Shown: piece after piece, positions 19,014-30,052 of the stretch
Position numbering within the stretch: the stretch's first letter is position 1
How the letters are laid out: every line of letters begins with the position of its first letter
Source of the DNA: Longimicrobiales bacterium
Lineage (GTDB): Bacteria > Gemmatimonadota > Gemmatimonadetes > Longimicrobiales > Gaopeijiaceae
Direction of reading: 5' to 3'
DNA: 64,000 bases
Assembly: GCA_965198065.1 (NCBI GenBank)
Contig: CBDAON010000004.1
Span: forward strand, 832,001 to 896,000
The notes under the pieces: generated by a model
What the model saw: only the letters and a program-made list of their open reading frames with translations
Told to the model about the DNA's origin: nothing
Databases searched by the model: none
Position numbers and translations under genes: made by a program

Positions 19014-19860
19014 CCAGCATACCAGTCGTAGACGCCGGCCGCGTCGCAATCATGTTCGTGGGGGTAGCGGTCGGAGTCGTGGGTTGTTCAGGCGATCCGA
19101 TTCAGGCGGGTTCGGGTGGTTCTGACGACCCGGGCGCGTGCAGCGAAGGCACGTCACGGCGTCGGCGGTGCTGAGCTCGGCGTGTCCGGGCTGCTCTTCA
19201 AGAACAATCTCATCATGTACGACCGGCGCAGTCCGGAGTCGCTCTGGCCGCAGATGCTCCGAAGCGCGCGTTGCGGCGCGAGTCAAGGCACAATGCTCGC
19301 CTCGTATCCGGTCTACGAGATGACGTGGGCGGCATGGCGGGAGCTTCACCCGGAGACGCGGGTCGTCTCCTCGGCGACGGTGTACGCGCGCAACTACCGA
19401 TCGTACCCATACGGTAGCTACGCCAATCTGAGCAATTCTCAGCTCCTCTTCCCCCTTTCGGACCCCATCGATGGGCGCCGCCAACCGAAGGAGCGGGTGC
19501 TCGGGATCCCGGCGGACGACAACGGGGGAGGCATCGCCCTGCCTTACGGCGCGCTGGACGCCCTGGGCGCTGTTGCGGCCGTACCGATCTCGGTCTCGGG
19601 CGTTGACTTGGTCGTTCTCTGGGACCGCCAGGCACAGGGAGCTATGGCGTTCCGGCCTGCGGTTCAGGGGCAGCCTCTCACCTTCGAAGTCATGGAAGAG
19701 CGGCTGATCGACGCTGAGACGGGCAGCACGTGGACCGTAACGGGGTTCGCGACGGACGGACCTCTTGCCGGGCACCGGCTCGACGCGGTTCCGGAGGCGT
19801 ACGTCGCGTACTGGTTCGCTTGGGCGGCGTTTCACCCAGACACGGAGTTGTGGGAATCAA
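19010..19860 (+). pseudogene. DUF3179-family lipoprotein, internally deleted
   Basis: Lipoprotein leader (VVGC) then abrupt switch at about 19150 to GVSGLLFKNNLIMYDR...SLWPQ, DAETGSTW, YWFAWAAFHPDT; N-terminal half missing. Confidence 0.75.
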
Positions 19861-19862
19861 TC

Positions 19863-20817
19863 ATGATGCCGGGAATTGTTCGCCTGGGGATGCCGAGGCT
19901 GGCGGGTTCGGTGGCGGTTGCCGCGGCCATGGTGGGCGCTCTAGCGGGTTCAGCCGACGCGCAGGCGATCTGTACGGCGCCGCACTCGGCGCCAACGCTG
20001 GGCGGAGGTGGTGCCATCAGCACCGCTGAACCACTCACGGGGTGGATGCAGGTCGCCGTATTACATCAACGATCTGATGACTTCTTCAACTTCCAGGGGC
20101 AAACCCAGGAGTTGATCGCGAGCGGCGGTTTCCGCACCACTTCTGCCTTCTTGAGTGGGGCAAACGGGCATCGTGGATGGCATGGACGTCTGGCTCCAGT
20201 TGTCGTTTCACGATCTTCGGTACTCCGACGAAGGAGGGGCACGCGACCGCGCGGGGCTCGGCGACATCCACGCCGCGGTCCGCGTGACTCCGGCTTTGTT
20301 CGGTTTGCCCCGCGTCCCGATGGCCGTCCGTGCCGGGGTCAAGGTCCCTGGCAGCGACTTCCCCATCGACGCCACCGTTATTCCGCTGACGGAGGGTCAG
20401 CGGGACTGGGAACTGAGTGTCGAGTCGGCGCGGGCCCTGAGAGCGTTGCCCGTCCACCTCAGCGCTCAGGTCGGATACCGGTGGCGGGAGGAACACCACG
20501 AGATCGCGCGGAAGCCCGGCGACGAATGGTTCGGCCAGGTCACGATCGGGAGTCAAATCGCGGGTGTGGCCGTCGCGTTGGGAATTGCGGGTCTCGAGGG
20601 TCGACCCCCGTGGGCACAGGGTCTCCTGCTCGATTCGGGACGTCGCCGGATGGTTCAGTTGCAGCCCGCTGTGAGTTGGGAGATGGCGGGAGGTACGATC
20701 GAGCTCAGTGGCCAGCTGGCGGTTGCCGGGCGCAACCTGCCCGCAGGCAACGGGTTGAGCCTGGGGTACGCGCTCTCCTGGGATGCGCGTCCTGATCCCT
20801 CGATCCGAGTGAGATGA
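19863..20817 (+). pseudogene. Secreted beta-barrel/transporter-like protein, frameshift at about 20160
   Basis: Signal peptide (ADAQ), GLGDI, amphipathic beta strands split over two frames. Confidence 0.55.
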
Positions 20818-21548
20818 ATGACATCTCGTTGGGTTTCGCCTTCCTGGCGGGGCTCTTGTCCTTCCTCTCCCCGTGCGTGCTTCCGGTGGTACCGGGGTAC
20901 CTTTCCTATGTCACGGGTCTCACGATGGAGGAGTTGCGCGACGCGGATGCCGGCGCGGCTCGGCGGCAGGCAGCGTTTCACGGCGCCCTCTTCGTGCTGG
21001 GTTTCTCGGCCGTCTTCGTGGGGTTCGGCGCGACCGCGACGATCGTCGGCCGCGCCCTGTTCCAAGCCCTACCAATACTCCAGCAGGTCGGCGGCGTTCT
21101 AATCGTGGGCTTCGGGCTCGTCATGTTGGATCTGGTGCCCATCCCATCGTTCCTCCAGCGCGACTGGAGATTTCGAGTCGCTTCCCCACGCACCAGGGGG
21201 CTGGGTTCGGTGGCGGCGGGTGTGGCGTTCGGCGCCGGTTGGACACCCTGCATCGGGCCGATTCTCGCGTCGATCCTGCTGTATGCGGGGATGGAGACCA
21301 CGCCCGGACGAGGGATGACCCTCCTGTCGTTCTATGCCTTCGGACTCGGATTGCCTTTCTTCGCTGCGGCGGTGGGGCTCAACTGGTACCTCGCCGGGGT
21401 TTCGCGCCTGCGGCGCTGGGCAGGACCGCTCCAACGGACCGCCGGTGCGGTCCTGGTCCTGATCGGGATCCTCCTTGTAACCGGGAGGTTCTCTTCCCTC
21501 GCGGCCGAGCTGGCGCGCTACGGACAGCTCTTCTACCTGGAGATGTGA
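20814..21548 (+). CDS. ccdA: Cytochrome c biogenesis protein CcdA
   Basis: SFLSPCVLP, GWTPCIGPIL. Confidence 0.93.
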   Translation: MNDISLGFAFLAGLLSFLSPCVLPVVPGYLSYVTGLTMEELRDADAGAARRQAAFHGALFVLGFSAVFVGFGATATIVGRALFQALPILQQVGGVLIVGFGLVMLDLVPIPSFLQRDWRFRVASPRTRGLGSVAAGVAFGAGWTPCIGPILASILLYAGMETTPGRGMTLLSFYAFGLGLPFFAAAVGLNWYLAGVSRLRRWAGPLQRTAGAVLVLIGILLVTGRFSSLAAELARYGQLFYLEM

Positions 21549-21549
21549 G

Positions 21550-22148
21550 ATGCGCGCTCGGATCGCTTCGGTAGCGACCTTCATCGCCTTCGGCTCCCTC
21601 AGTGCACAGGAGGTCGATCTGCGCGGGATGGGGCGCGACCGCGGTGACCCGAACGCGCCGGTGGTGGTCGTCGAGTTCGCCGACTTCGGGTGTCCCTCAT
21701 GCGCCGAATTTGCCACCGGATCGTGGACGACCATTGAGCGGGAATACGTGGATACAGGGAAGGTACTCTGGAAGCTCATGCCCTTCGCGGCCGGAGCATC
21801 CCGAACGGGCGGGAGGCCGCGCGCGCCGCGGAGTGCGCGGCCGAGCAGGGTGCGTTCTGGCCGATGCACGACGTTCTCTTCGCGGGACAACGAGCGTGGG
21901 GACGCTTGCGGGACCCAGGGCCCGAGTTCGCGTCGTACGCCGAAGCCCTGGGGTTGCAGAAAGCGGCGTTCGAGACCTGCTATCGGGAGGACGGCGGCGG
22001 GGATCGGACGGAACGAAACAACGACGCGGCCCGCGCGTTGCGTGTCCGGGGCACGCCGACGTTCTTCGTCGACGGAAGGCGGGTGGAGGGTGCCCCGCCC
22101 GTGGACGCGTTTCGCTCGGTGCTCGACGGGGCGTTGGGCGCGGGCTGA
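21550..22148 (+). pseudogene. DsbA/thioredoxin-family protein, frameshift at about 21800
   Basis: GDPNAPV, EFADFGCPSC; second frame FWPMHD...VRGTPTFFVDG. Confidence 0.8.
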
Positions 22149-22443
22149 GACTCTCGGGGATCGATCCGCCGGCTTCAACCCCCCATTCTGCCGGGTTTCA
22201 CCGGTCCTCGGGACACACTTGGGACGCACCCGACGGAGAGGGCGGAGCCCCAACCGTTACCGCTCCGGGGGGTTGTGAATCGAGTTTGCCAGCGTCAGGG
22301 GGGTTTGCCACCCCTTTTGTCACCGCGACGCTTTCGCCAGGGGACCGCCGACCGCCGCATCCGCGTAGCTCAGTTGAGTCCTGCGCATGAGCTCGGCTGC
22401 GAGGAGAGGGGGAAACGCCGGTGGATCGGCGTGGACACAGCGT

Positions 22444-22700
22444 TTACTGCTTGCAAGCTTGAACGTCAACATTGGCGAGTTCCAGAAACCTGCCAAATGC
22501 TTCTAGGCCCTCCTCGTATTCGCCGACCTCCAACAGCACCTGCGACAGATCAAGCCAGCCACCCCACCACTCTGGGGCCAAGGCTATGGTTTCGCGGCGT
22601 TGTTCGATCGCCTCGTCAATATGCCCAGCTACCCACAAGGCCCAACCCAGATTCGCAGAATTCACCGGGGATCGGGCATACGGATTGCGGTAGAATATGC
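22444..22700 (-). pseudogene. TPR-repeat fragment
   Basis: LGWALWVAGHIDEAIEQ...LSQVLLEVGEYEEGLEAF helical repeat pattern; no start context. Confidence 0.45.
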
Positions 22701-22755
22701 TTCGGTGCTAGTCTTCTGATCGGACCGACGCCCTGAACCCGATCCCGGAGGTCCT

Positions 22756-23850
22756 GTGGCAGGAGCCCATTCCCGACTCCTTCCTGCGCGCGCGCTCGTC
22801 CTTTCGCTTACGGCGCTAGCGGCCGCGGTGCTCGGAAACGTGTTGCTTCGCGGGCAAGACGGGGGGGGTCGAGCACCTGCCATGGCTCCTCGCCATGGTT
22901 CCGGCGTTTCTCCTGGCCTACCGTCGCGGCTGGTGGGGGGTGACGGTCGCGATCGCCATGGGGATGGGGGCCCTCGCCCTCTCACAGTCCGTGCTTCTGC
23001 TCGCGGGCGCGGACATCGTGCTCGATCTCATGCTCGGAGGGATCGTCGCGGCGTTCATCGGGGCGGCCCTCGGCGCAGGATGGTTGCGCGAGGCGCTGAA
23101 ACGTCGGTGGCTTCTGAGCGAGCGTCATTCCCGTGAGCTCTACATCCTCCTGGACGCCGGGGGGACCGTGCGTTGGGCCGCCCCATCGGTCGAGCGCATC
23201 CTCGGCAGGTTTCCTCCCGAAATCGAGGGGCGCCCGATCGCCGACCTGGCGTTCCCCGAAGACGCCCAACGGCTGGGTGACGTGCTCGCGGACGTGCTGA
23301 GCGACCCCTCGCAGACGGAGGTCTCGAATGCGCCTTCTGGCGCTCGGGCGGGGAGGCGCGCGTCATGGAGGTCGTCCTCCGAAACCACCTGGGGGATCCC
23401 ATGATCGAGGGAGTCATCCTGAACGGCTTGGACGTGACCGATCAGCGCACCGTGCAGGCCGAGCTCAGGCGTACGCTCGAGTGGCTGCGGGCGCTCGTGA
23501 ATGCTTCCTCTGACGCGATCTTCCTCACCGACGAGGAGTCCCGGATCTTGGTCGCCAACTCGGCGGCTTCGGACCTCACCGGCTACACACAGACGGAGCT
23601 TGCCGGGCTCGTCGGCATGGAGGTTCTCGAGCTCGACGGGGATCTACCGTGGCCGATTCACGCCGAACGGAAAGACTCGTCCGAGGGTGCGCGGCACACG
23701 GCCGCCCGGGGCGCGCTTCTTCGGAAGGACGGAACGAGGCAGGAGGCGGGAGTCGAGATCCGCTCGATCGACATGGGAGGAAACAGCTACTTTCACGCCA
23801 CGGCACGGCCATCCGCAGCCCCGAGGAGCATGGCAAGCACCTCGTCATGA
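22756..23850 (+). pseudogene. Membrane-anchored PAS-domain sensor, two frameshifts
   Basis: TM segment then PAS repeats (SVERILG...; DAIFLTD...LTGYT...LLRKDG); breaks at the G run near 22861 and at about 23345. Confidence 0.65.
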
Positions 23851-24126
23851 AGAAAACGAGACGTTTAGCGGTCCTTAGGTAGGGATCGTCGACCCTGGCG
23901 CGGACACGGGGGAGTCGGGGAGCGACCCTCCCGTCGGCCGAAGGCGCTTGCCGCCCCCTGTCGGATGGCCCGCGACCTCCTTGAATTGGTCCGCGCCCTC
24001 GACGAGCGCGCTAAGAATCGGAATCAGGTGTGCGACGAGCGAGGGGTCGCTGAAACGGGCTCATGAGATACATTCTGGATGCAGTCGGAAGGAAAACCCT
24101 TCTCGCTAAACGACTGTAGGCCGCCT

Positions 24127-25227
24127 CTACACGTTGAAGCGGAAGAGGATGATGTCCCCGTCCTTCACGACGTAGTCCTTCCCCTCGGAGCGGATCATCC
24201 CCCTCTCTCGCGCCGCCTTCACCGAGCCCGTACGGACGAGAGCCTCATAGGCGAGCGTCTCGGCGCGGATGAACCCCCGCTCGAAGTCGGAGTGGATCTC
24301 GCCCGCGGCCTCCGGCGCCCGGGTGCCCCGTGGAACGGTGCAGGCCCGGGCCTCCTTCTCGTTCGCCGCAAAGAACGTGAGGAGCCCGAGAAGCTCGTAG
24401 GTAGCCCGGATCAGTCGGTGGAGCCCGGGCTCCTCAAGCCCTACGTGACCCAGGAACTCGGTCCGCTCGGAGGGATCCAGGTGCACGAGATCCGCCTCCA
24501 TCGCGGCCGCGAGACCCAGGACGGGAAACTCGGGCTCCTCGTTCCGAACGGCCGCCTCGACCCGCTCCACCCAGGGGTTCCGGGCCGCTGGCAGATCTCG
24601 CTCAGCGACGTTCGCCACGTGAAGGACCGGTTTCGCGGAAAGGAGCTGAAACGACCGGACGCGACGCGCTTCCCCCTCCATGAGCCGAATCCCCCGTACG
24701 GATCGCCCCTGCCCGAGGCGCTCCCGGAGTCGCTCCAGGAGCTCCCTCTCCCCCTGCGCTTCCTCCTCACCCGAACGGGCCCGCCTCGAGGCCTTCTCGA
24801 GGCGGCGCTCCACGGCCTCCAGGTCCGCGAGCCGGAGCTCCGTGTTCACGATGCTCCGGTCCCTAACCGGATCCACACCGCCCAGCACGTGAGCCACGTC
24901 CGGATCCTCGAAGCAGCGAAGGACGTGGACGATCGCGTCCGCCTCCCGGATGTTGGCCAGAAACTTGTTCCCGAGCCCCTCGCCCAGGGACGCCCCCTTC
25001 ACCAGCCCTGCGATGTCCACGAACTGGACGATGGCGGGAACCTGGGCCGGCGACTCGTAGGCCAGAGCGACCCGGGGGAGGCGGGGGTCGGGAACCTCGA
25101 CCACCCCGATGTTGGGCTCGACCGTGCAGAACGGGTAATTCTCGGACGGGGCGGCCTGCGAGGTGAGCGCGCTGAAGAGGCTCGACTTCCCCACGTTGGG
25201 GAGCCCGACGATCCCGGCCTTCAGCAC
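24127..25227 (-). CDS. ychF: Redox-regulated ATPase YchF
   Basis: [41 protein letters not shown]. Confidence 0.97.
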   Translation of the reverse strand: MLKAGIVGLPNVGKSSLFSALTSQAAPSENYPFCTVEPNIGVVEVPDPRLPRVALAYESPAQVPAIVQFVDIAGLVKGASLGEGLGNKFLANIREADAIVHVLRCFEDPDVAHVLGGVDPVRDRSIVNTELRLADLEAVERRLEKASRRARSGEEEAQGERELLERLRERLGQGRSVRGIRLMEGEARRVRSFQLLSAKPVLHVANVAERDLPAARNPWVERVEAAVRNEEPEFPVLGLAAAMEADLVHLDPSERTEFLGHVGLEEPGLHRLIRATYELLGLLTFFAANEKEARACTVPRGTRAPEAAGEIHSDFERGFIRAETLAYEALVRTGSVKAARERGMIRSEGKDYVVKDGDIILFRFNV

Positions 25228-25379
25228 TCTCTCGGACCCTCCCGGGACCTTGCGGCGGACGGTCGATGGGTCGACCTTTTTGCCATTCGAGAAGACCGGG
25301 CCGCCCTCGGCCCCGTCCCCACCCACCGGGGCCGGCCGTTCGTTACAGGTCCGCGACAGGCGGTCCCGATAGAGATCAC

Positions 25380-26468
25380 ATGGACTTTTCCTTTGCTGGG
25401 CAGCCCGGGGCCGTGGAGCTCGGCTGGTTCACGAAGGGGCTTCGCGAGGTCATGAGCCGGCGGGGTCACACCTACGTCGAGGACCCGGACGCGGCCTCGC
25501 TCGTCGTGAATTGCTTCCATCGGGACGATCCCCGTACCTTCCGGCGCCGCGGGCAAGCCGTGTTCGTGGTCTCTCTCACCGAGCTGGCACCCGGAGAGCG
25601 GACGATCCGGGAGGCGGTTCCCGAAGGGTACCCCCTGCTCGTCCGCTCGCTCGCGAACCTGCTGATCGGGGTGACGGGGCCCGAGGCGTCGCACCCGGAC
25701 GCGCACTTCATCACGCCCGAACAGGGGCACTATCGGGTGCAGGGAAACTCGGATCGCGGCGACTTCTTCGAAGACGTCTACCAGAGGATCGAGCCCCTCG
25801 CAAGCTCCCGCCTCGTCATCGACAACGTCTTCGAGCCCGACCTGCCTCGGGAGCTCTGGGAGGGAGACGAGATCACGCGGTCGATCGGGCGGGCCGGCAA
25901 GCGCCTGGACGCGCTGGACGTTCTCCCGGCTCCCTTCCGCATGGAGATTCTCTCCGAGCGGGACCGCCGCCACCTGAAGCGCCTCTACGGGCTCGGGGGG
26001 CTCTCTTATGGGAACATCTCCGCCCGGTACGACGAGACACGCTTCTGGATGAGCGCGTCGGGCGTGGACAAGGCCAACCTCACCGAGGTCGGTCGAGACA
26101 TCCTCATGGTGAAGGACTACGATCCGGTAAGGGGGGCCATGATCCTGTCGGTCCCCGAGGGGATCGATCCACGCCGGGTCAGCGTGGACGCGATCGAGCA
26201 CTGGATGATCTACCGGGAGCACCCGAGCGTGGGCGCGATCCTCCACGTCCACGCGTGGATGGAAGGGGTGCCCTCGACGGTGGTCAACTATCCATGTGGG
26301 ACGTACGAACTCGGAGGCGCCGTGGCCGAGATCGTGCGCGATCACCCCGACCCCGCGAGCGCCGTCGTGGGACTGAGGAACCACGGGCTCACGATCACGG
26401 GTGTCTCTCTGGACGAGATCTTCGACCGCATCGAGGGCCGGCTCCTGAAGGTCGTCCCCATGTCCTGA
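25380..26468 (+). CDS. Class II aldolase/adducin family protein with N-terminal extension
   Basis: GNISAR, SVDAIEHW, AILHVH, LRNHG. Confidence 0.85.
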   Translation: MDFSFAGQPGAVELGWFTKGLREVMSRRGHTYVEDPDAASLVVNCFHRDDPRTFRRRGQAVFVVSLTELAPGERTIREAVPEGYPLLVRSLANLLIGVTGPEASHPDAHFITPEQGHYRVQGNSDRGDFFEDVYQRIEPLASSRLVIDNVFEPDLPRELWEGDEITRSIGRAGKRLDALDVLPAPFRMEILSERDRRHLKRLYGLGGLSYGNISARYDETRFWMSASGVDKANLTEVGRDILMVKDYDPVRGAMILSVPEGIDPRRVSVDAIEHWMIYREHPSVGAILHVHAWMEGVPSTVVNYPCGTYELGGAVAEIVRDHPDPASAVVGLRNHGLTITGVSLDEIFDRIEGRLLKVVPMS

Positions 26469-26561
26469 CGGAGCGGCGGGGCGCTCGCCGGCTCGAGATC
26501 CTCCGTGATCCGCGGTCGCTTCCCCCGCGATCTCCCCAGCTCCCGGCCGTCCCTCCCCCGG

Positions 26562-28685
26562 TCAACCGAACAGTCGAGACAGGAAACCGAGCACGGTCTC
26601 GAGCGCCGTGCCCGGCCCCGTCTGGAGGCCGTGGATCCGGACGAACCACGGCGCCAGCACGAGCGACACCACGCTCATCAGCTTGACAAGGATGTTCAGA
26701 GACGGTCCCGACGTGTCCTTGAACGGGTCCCCCACCGTATCCCCGACCACGGCGGCCTTGTGAGGCGCTGAGCCTTTCCCGCCGTACTCGCCGCCCTCGA
26801 TCAGCTTCTTCGCATTGTCCCAGGCCCCCCCCGCGTTGGCCATGAAGAGGGCCATGAGCACGCCCGTGACGAGAGCACCCGCAAGGAGGCCGCCGAGGGC
26901 CTGGACCCCCAGGATCCAGCCCACGAGGAAGGGAGCGAGCACGGCCAGGACCCCCGGGACGATCATCTCCCGAAGCGCGGCTCGGGTCGAGATGTCCACG
27001 CAGCGCGCGGAGTCCGGCTTCCCGGTGCCGTCCATGATGCCCGGGATCTCCCTGAACTGTCGGCGCACCTCCTCGACCATGCCTCCGGCGGCCCTCCCCA
27101 CAGCGGTCATCGTGAGAGCGGCAACCACGAACGGGAGCGTTCCCCCGAGGAAGAGCCCGATCACGACTATGGGGTCGATGATGTCGATCCCGGACTCGCT
27201 GAGGCCCACGCTGCTCGCGTACGCGGAGAAGAGGGCGAGCGCCGTGAGCGCGGCGGAGCCGATGGCGAACCCCTTCCCGATCGCCGCGGTGGTATTCCCG
27301 ATCGAGTCCAGGGAGTCCGTGATCTTCCGCGTCTCCGGGCCGAGGCCGCTCATCTCGGAGATCCCGCCCGCGTTGTCCGCGATCGGGCCGTACGCGTCCA
27401 CGGACATCGTGACCCCCACCGTCGCGAGCATGCCGACTGCGGCGATCCCGATTCCGTAGAGCCCGGCGACCTGGAACGACACGTAAATGGCCACGCAGAT
27501 GAGAACGACGGGCACCGCGGTCGAGTGCATCCCGAGGGCGAGTCCCGAGATGATGTTCGTCGCAGACCCGGTCTCGCTCGCGTCCGCAATCGTACGGATC
27601 GGGTTTCCGGCGGTATACCACTCGGTGACGAGCCCGATCGCGATCCCCACGAGGGTCCCCGACAGGATAGCCCAAAACGGGCCACTCGCCGGATAGGGGG
27701 CTCCCGTCTCGACGCTCGTTATGCGGATCCCCATGGACTGGACCACGAAGTACATGACGACAAGGAAGAGCCCGGCCGCGATGAACGTCACGTTTCGGAG
27801 CGCGGCTGCGGGATCCGTGTTTTCGAGCACCCTCATCATGCCGATTCCCACCAGCGAGGCGAGAAGCCCAACCATCACGGTCACGATCGGAAGCGCGACC
27901 GCCTCGACGGAGCTCGCTGCGACGGCGGCCGATGTCGCCCCGATCGCGATCGTCGCCACGACAGACCCCACGTAGGACTCGAAGATGTCCGCGCCCATCC
28001 CCGCCACGTCGCCGACGTTGTCCCCCACGTTGTCGGCGATCGTAGCGGGGTTCCGGGGATCGTCCTCCGGGATCCCGGCCTCCACCTTGCCGACCAGGTC
28101 CGCACCCACGTCTGCCGCCTTCGTGAAGATGCCCCCGCCCACGCGGGCGAAGAGGGCGATGGACGAGGCTCCCATCGCGTATCCCGAAATGACCCCCGCG
28201 AAGCCGGGCAGCTCGGACCCAGGTTCCCCGGCCGCCATCAGGAGGTAGAGGAGCCCGATGCCGAGGAGACCCAGGGACGCCACCGAGAGCCCCATGACCG
28301 AGGCGCCGTAGAACGAGACGCGGAGCGCCTTGCGCTGCCCCTCCTGCGCCGCGGCGTTGGAGGTGCGGACGTTCGCGCGCGTGGCCGCTTCCATGCCCAG
28401 GAACCCCGCGAGGGCCGAGGTGATGGCTCCGGCCACGTACGCGCCAGCCGTGCCGACCCCTACGCCCCACGAGAGGAGCGCCGCCACGACGATCACGAAG
28501 CCGACGATCATCGTGTATTCGCGCCGGAGGAAGGCCATCGCGCCCGAGTGGATCTGGTCGGCGAGCTCGATCATCTGCTCCGTTCCGGCCGGCTGGCGCT
28601 TCACGTACAGGAATATGCCTAACGCCGCGCCCAGCCCCAGCGCTCCCAGAATCCAGGCCCCTGCGGTAAGGCTCACAAAGTCCAT
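26562..28685 (-). CDS. hppA: Membrane ion-pumping pyrophosphatase, K+-dependent type
   Basis: [30 protein letters not shown] (Ala at the K+-dependence site), [13 protein letters not shown]. Confidence 0.95.
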   Translation of the reverse strand: MDFVSLTAGAWILGALGLGAALGIFLYVKRQPAGTEQMIELADQIHSGAMAFLRREYTMIVGFVIVVAALLSWGVGVGTAGAYVAGAITSALAGFLGMEAATRANVRTSNAAAQEGQRKALRVSFYGASVMGLSVASLGLLGIGLLYLLMAAGEPGSELPGFAGVISGYAMGASSIALFARVGGGIFTKAADVGADLVGKVEAGIPEDDPRNPATIADNVGDNVGDVAGMGADIFESYVGSVVATIAIGATSAAVAASSVEAVALPIVTVMVGLLASLVGIGMMRVLENTDPAAALRNVTFIAAGLFLVVMYFVVQSMGIRITSVETGAPYPASGPFWAILSGTLVGIAIGLVTEWYTAGNPIRTIADASETGSATNIISGLALGMHSTAVPVVLICVAIYVSFQVAGLYGIGIAAVGMLATVGVTMSVDAYGPIADNAGGISEMSGLGPETRKITDSLDSIGNTTAAIGKGFAIGSAALTALALFSAYASSVGLSESGIDIIDPIVVIGLFLGGTLPFVVAALTMTAVGRAAGGMVEEVRRQFREIPGIMDGTGKPDSARCVDISTRAALREMIVPGVLAVLAPFLVGWILGVQALGGLLAGALVTGVLMALFMANAGGAWDNAKKLIEGGEYGGKGSAPHKAAVVGDTVGDPFKDTSGPSLNILVKLMSVVSLVLAPWFVRIHGLQTGPGTALETVLGFLSRLFG

Positions 28686-28731
28686 GCGTGCGATCTCTCC
28701 CTAGAAGTAGACTGGTCCGAAACGGACGGCC

Positions 28732-29295
28732 TCATCGGTTGTAGCGGTTCATGGCGGGCTCGACCCCCTCCGAAACCCACACGCCCACGGCCTCGGCGAG
28801 CTCCAGCAGGAGCCCCACCACGCGGTCCTCGTCCTCCCTCGGCATGGGGGAAAGCACCCACCTCACCAGATCCTCGCCGGGCGGGGCCCGCCCCACGCCC
28901 ACCCTCAGCCTCGCGAACTCGCCCGAGCCCACCACGGAGGCCACTGACCGAAGCCCGTTGTGGCCCCCATCGCTCCCCCGGGGACGAAGCCTCACGCGTC
29001 CCACGTCGAGCGCCGCGTCGTCCACCACGACGAGGAGGTCGCTCGATGGGTCGATCCCCTCCCCGGAGAGGACCGGCAAGAGGGCCGGGCCACTCCGGTT
29101 CACGTAGCTGACAGGCTTCGTCAGGACGACCCTCTCTCCCCCGCGCAGGCCCTCCACCACGAGAAGGGATCCCTCCCGCGCGAACGGCCCGAACCCCCAG
29201 TCGTGGCACACGCGATCGAGCACCCACCACCCCACGTTGTGCCGCGTCGCGTCGTATTCCGCGCCCGGGTTTCCCAGCCCCGCAACGATCTTCAC
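28732..29295 (-). CDS. pth: Peptidyl-tRNA hydrolase
   Basis: GLGNPG, TRHNVG, GGHNGL. Confidence 0.95.
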   Translation of the reverse strand: MKIVAGLGNPGAEYDATRHNVGWWVLDRVCHDWGFGPFAREGSLLVVEGLRGGERVVLTKPVSYVNRSGPALLPVLSGEGIDPSSDLLVVVDDAALDVGRVRLRPRGSDGGHNGLRSVASVVGSGEFARLRVGVGRAPPGEDLVRWVLSPMPREDEDRVVGLLLELAEAVGVWVSEGVEPAMNRYNR

Positions 29296-29328
29296 CGGAG
29301 ATACGGGTCCGAGGGCGCCCCGGCCTCC

Positions 29329-30030
29329 TCAGTCGCCCCCGCCCTCTTCCTTCACCTTCTCCGTCTCCGTCTCCTTGTTCACCTCGCCCGGAGCCTCGCC
29401 CTCGGCCTCGCCCACGAGCGCCGGATCCGTGGGCTCCTCCGGCTCCTCCTCCACTACGGCCAGCACGGTCGGCTGCTGCACCGAGCAAACGATGTGTCGT
29501 CCATCCAGCATCGCCGTGACCCCTTCGGGAAGGGTGAGTTCGGACACGTGAACGGTGTCCCCGATCTCGAGCTCGCTCACATCCACCAGGATCTCCTCCG
29601 GAATCCGGTCAGGAACGCAGCGGATCGGGAGGCCGTGCATCGGCTGATCGATGACCCCACCGTCGTCCCGCACTCCCTTGGCCGACCCCGTGAGGTGGAC
29701 GGGAACGTCCAGCTCGACCTCCACTCCACTCCGGATCCGGAGGAAATCGACGTGCAGGATCTCGGGCCGGTAGGGGTGCGTCTGGATCTCCCGGACCAGG
29801 GTCGGGAGGGCCGTCTTCTTTCCCTCGACCTCGAGGTTAACGATCGTGTTCTCGACCGAGATCGAGTGGAAGAGGAGCTTCGCCTCGTGGGTGTTTAGGA
29901 CTAGCGAGATCGGGGCCATCTCGGCGCCGTACACCACGGCTGGTAGCTTCCCCTCGGCTCTGAGCTTGCGGGCCCGTCCTTTTCCATGACCCTCACGGAG
30001 CCCCGCCTTGAGCGTCACCTGCGTAGCCAT
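29329..30030 (-). CDS. rplY: 50S ribosomal protein L25/Ctc
   Basis: PAVVYG, HVDF, long Ctc C-terminus. Confidence 0.95.
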   Translation of the reverse strand: MATQVTLKAGLREGHGKGRARKLRAEGKLPAVVYGAEMAPISLVLNTHEAKLLFHSISVENTIVNLEVEGKKTALPTLVREIQTHPYRPEILHVDFLRIRSGVEVELDVPVHLTGSAKGVRDDGGVIDQPMHGLPIRCVPDRIPEEILVDVSELEIGDTVHVSELTLPEGVTAMLDGRHIVCSVQQPTVLAVVEEEPEEPTDPALVGEAEGEAPGEVNKETETEKVKEEGGGD

Positions 30031-30052
30031 CGTCCCACCTTCAGTTGAAGGG

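Noticed and set aside
19116..20795. 559-aa ORF as a real DUF3179 fusion protein
   Set aside because: It joins a deleted DUF3179 to the next gene's signal peptide and then runs out of frame; a product of lesions
642..29898. Long antisense and alternate-frame ORFs (e.g. 642-1655, 24079-25455, 26395-28470)
   Set aside because: Shadow ORFs expected at high GC; they overlap well-supported genes and show no motifs
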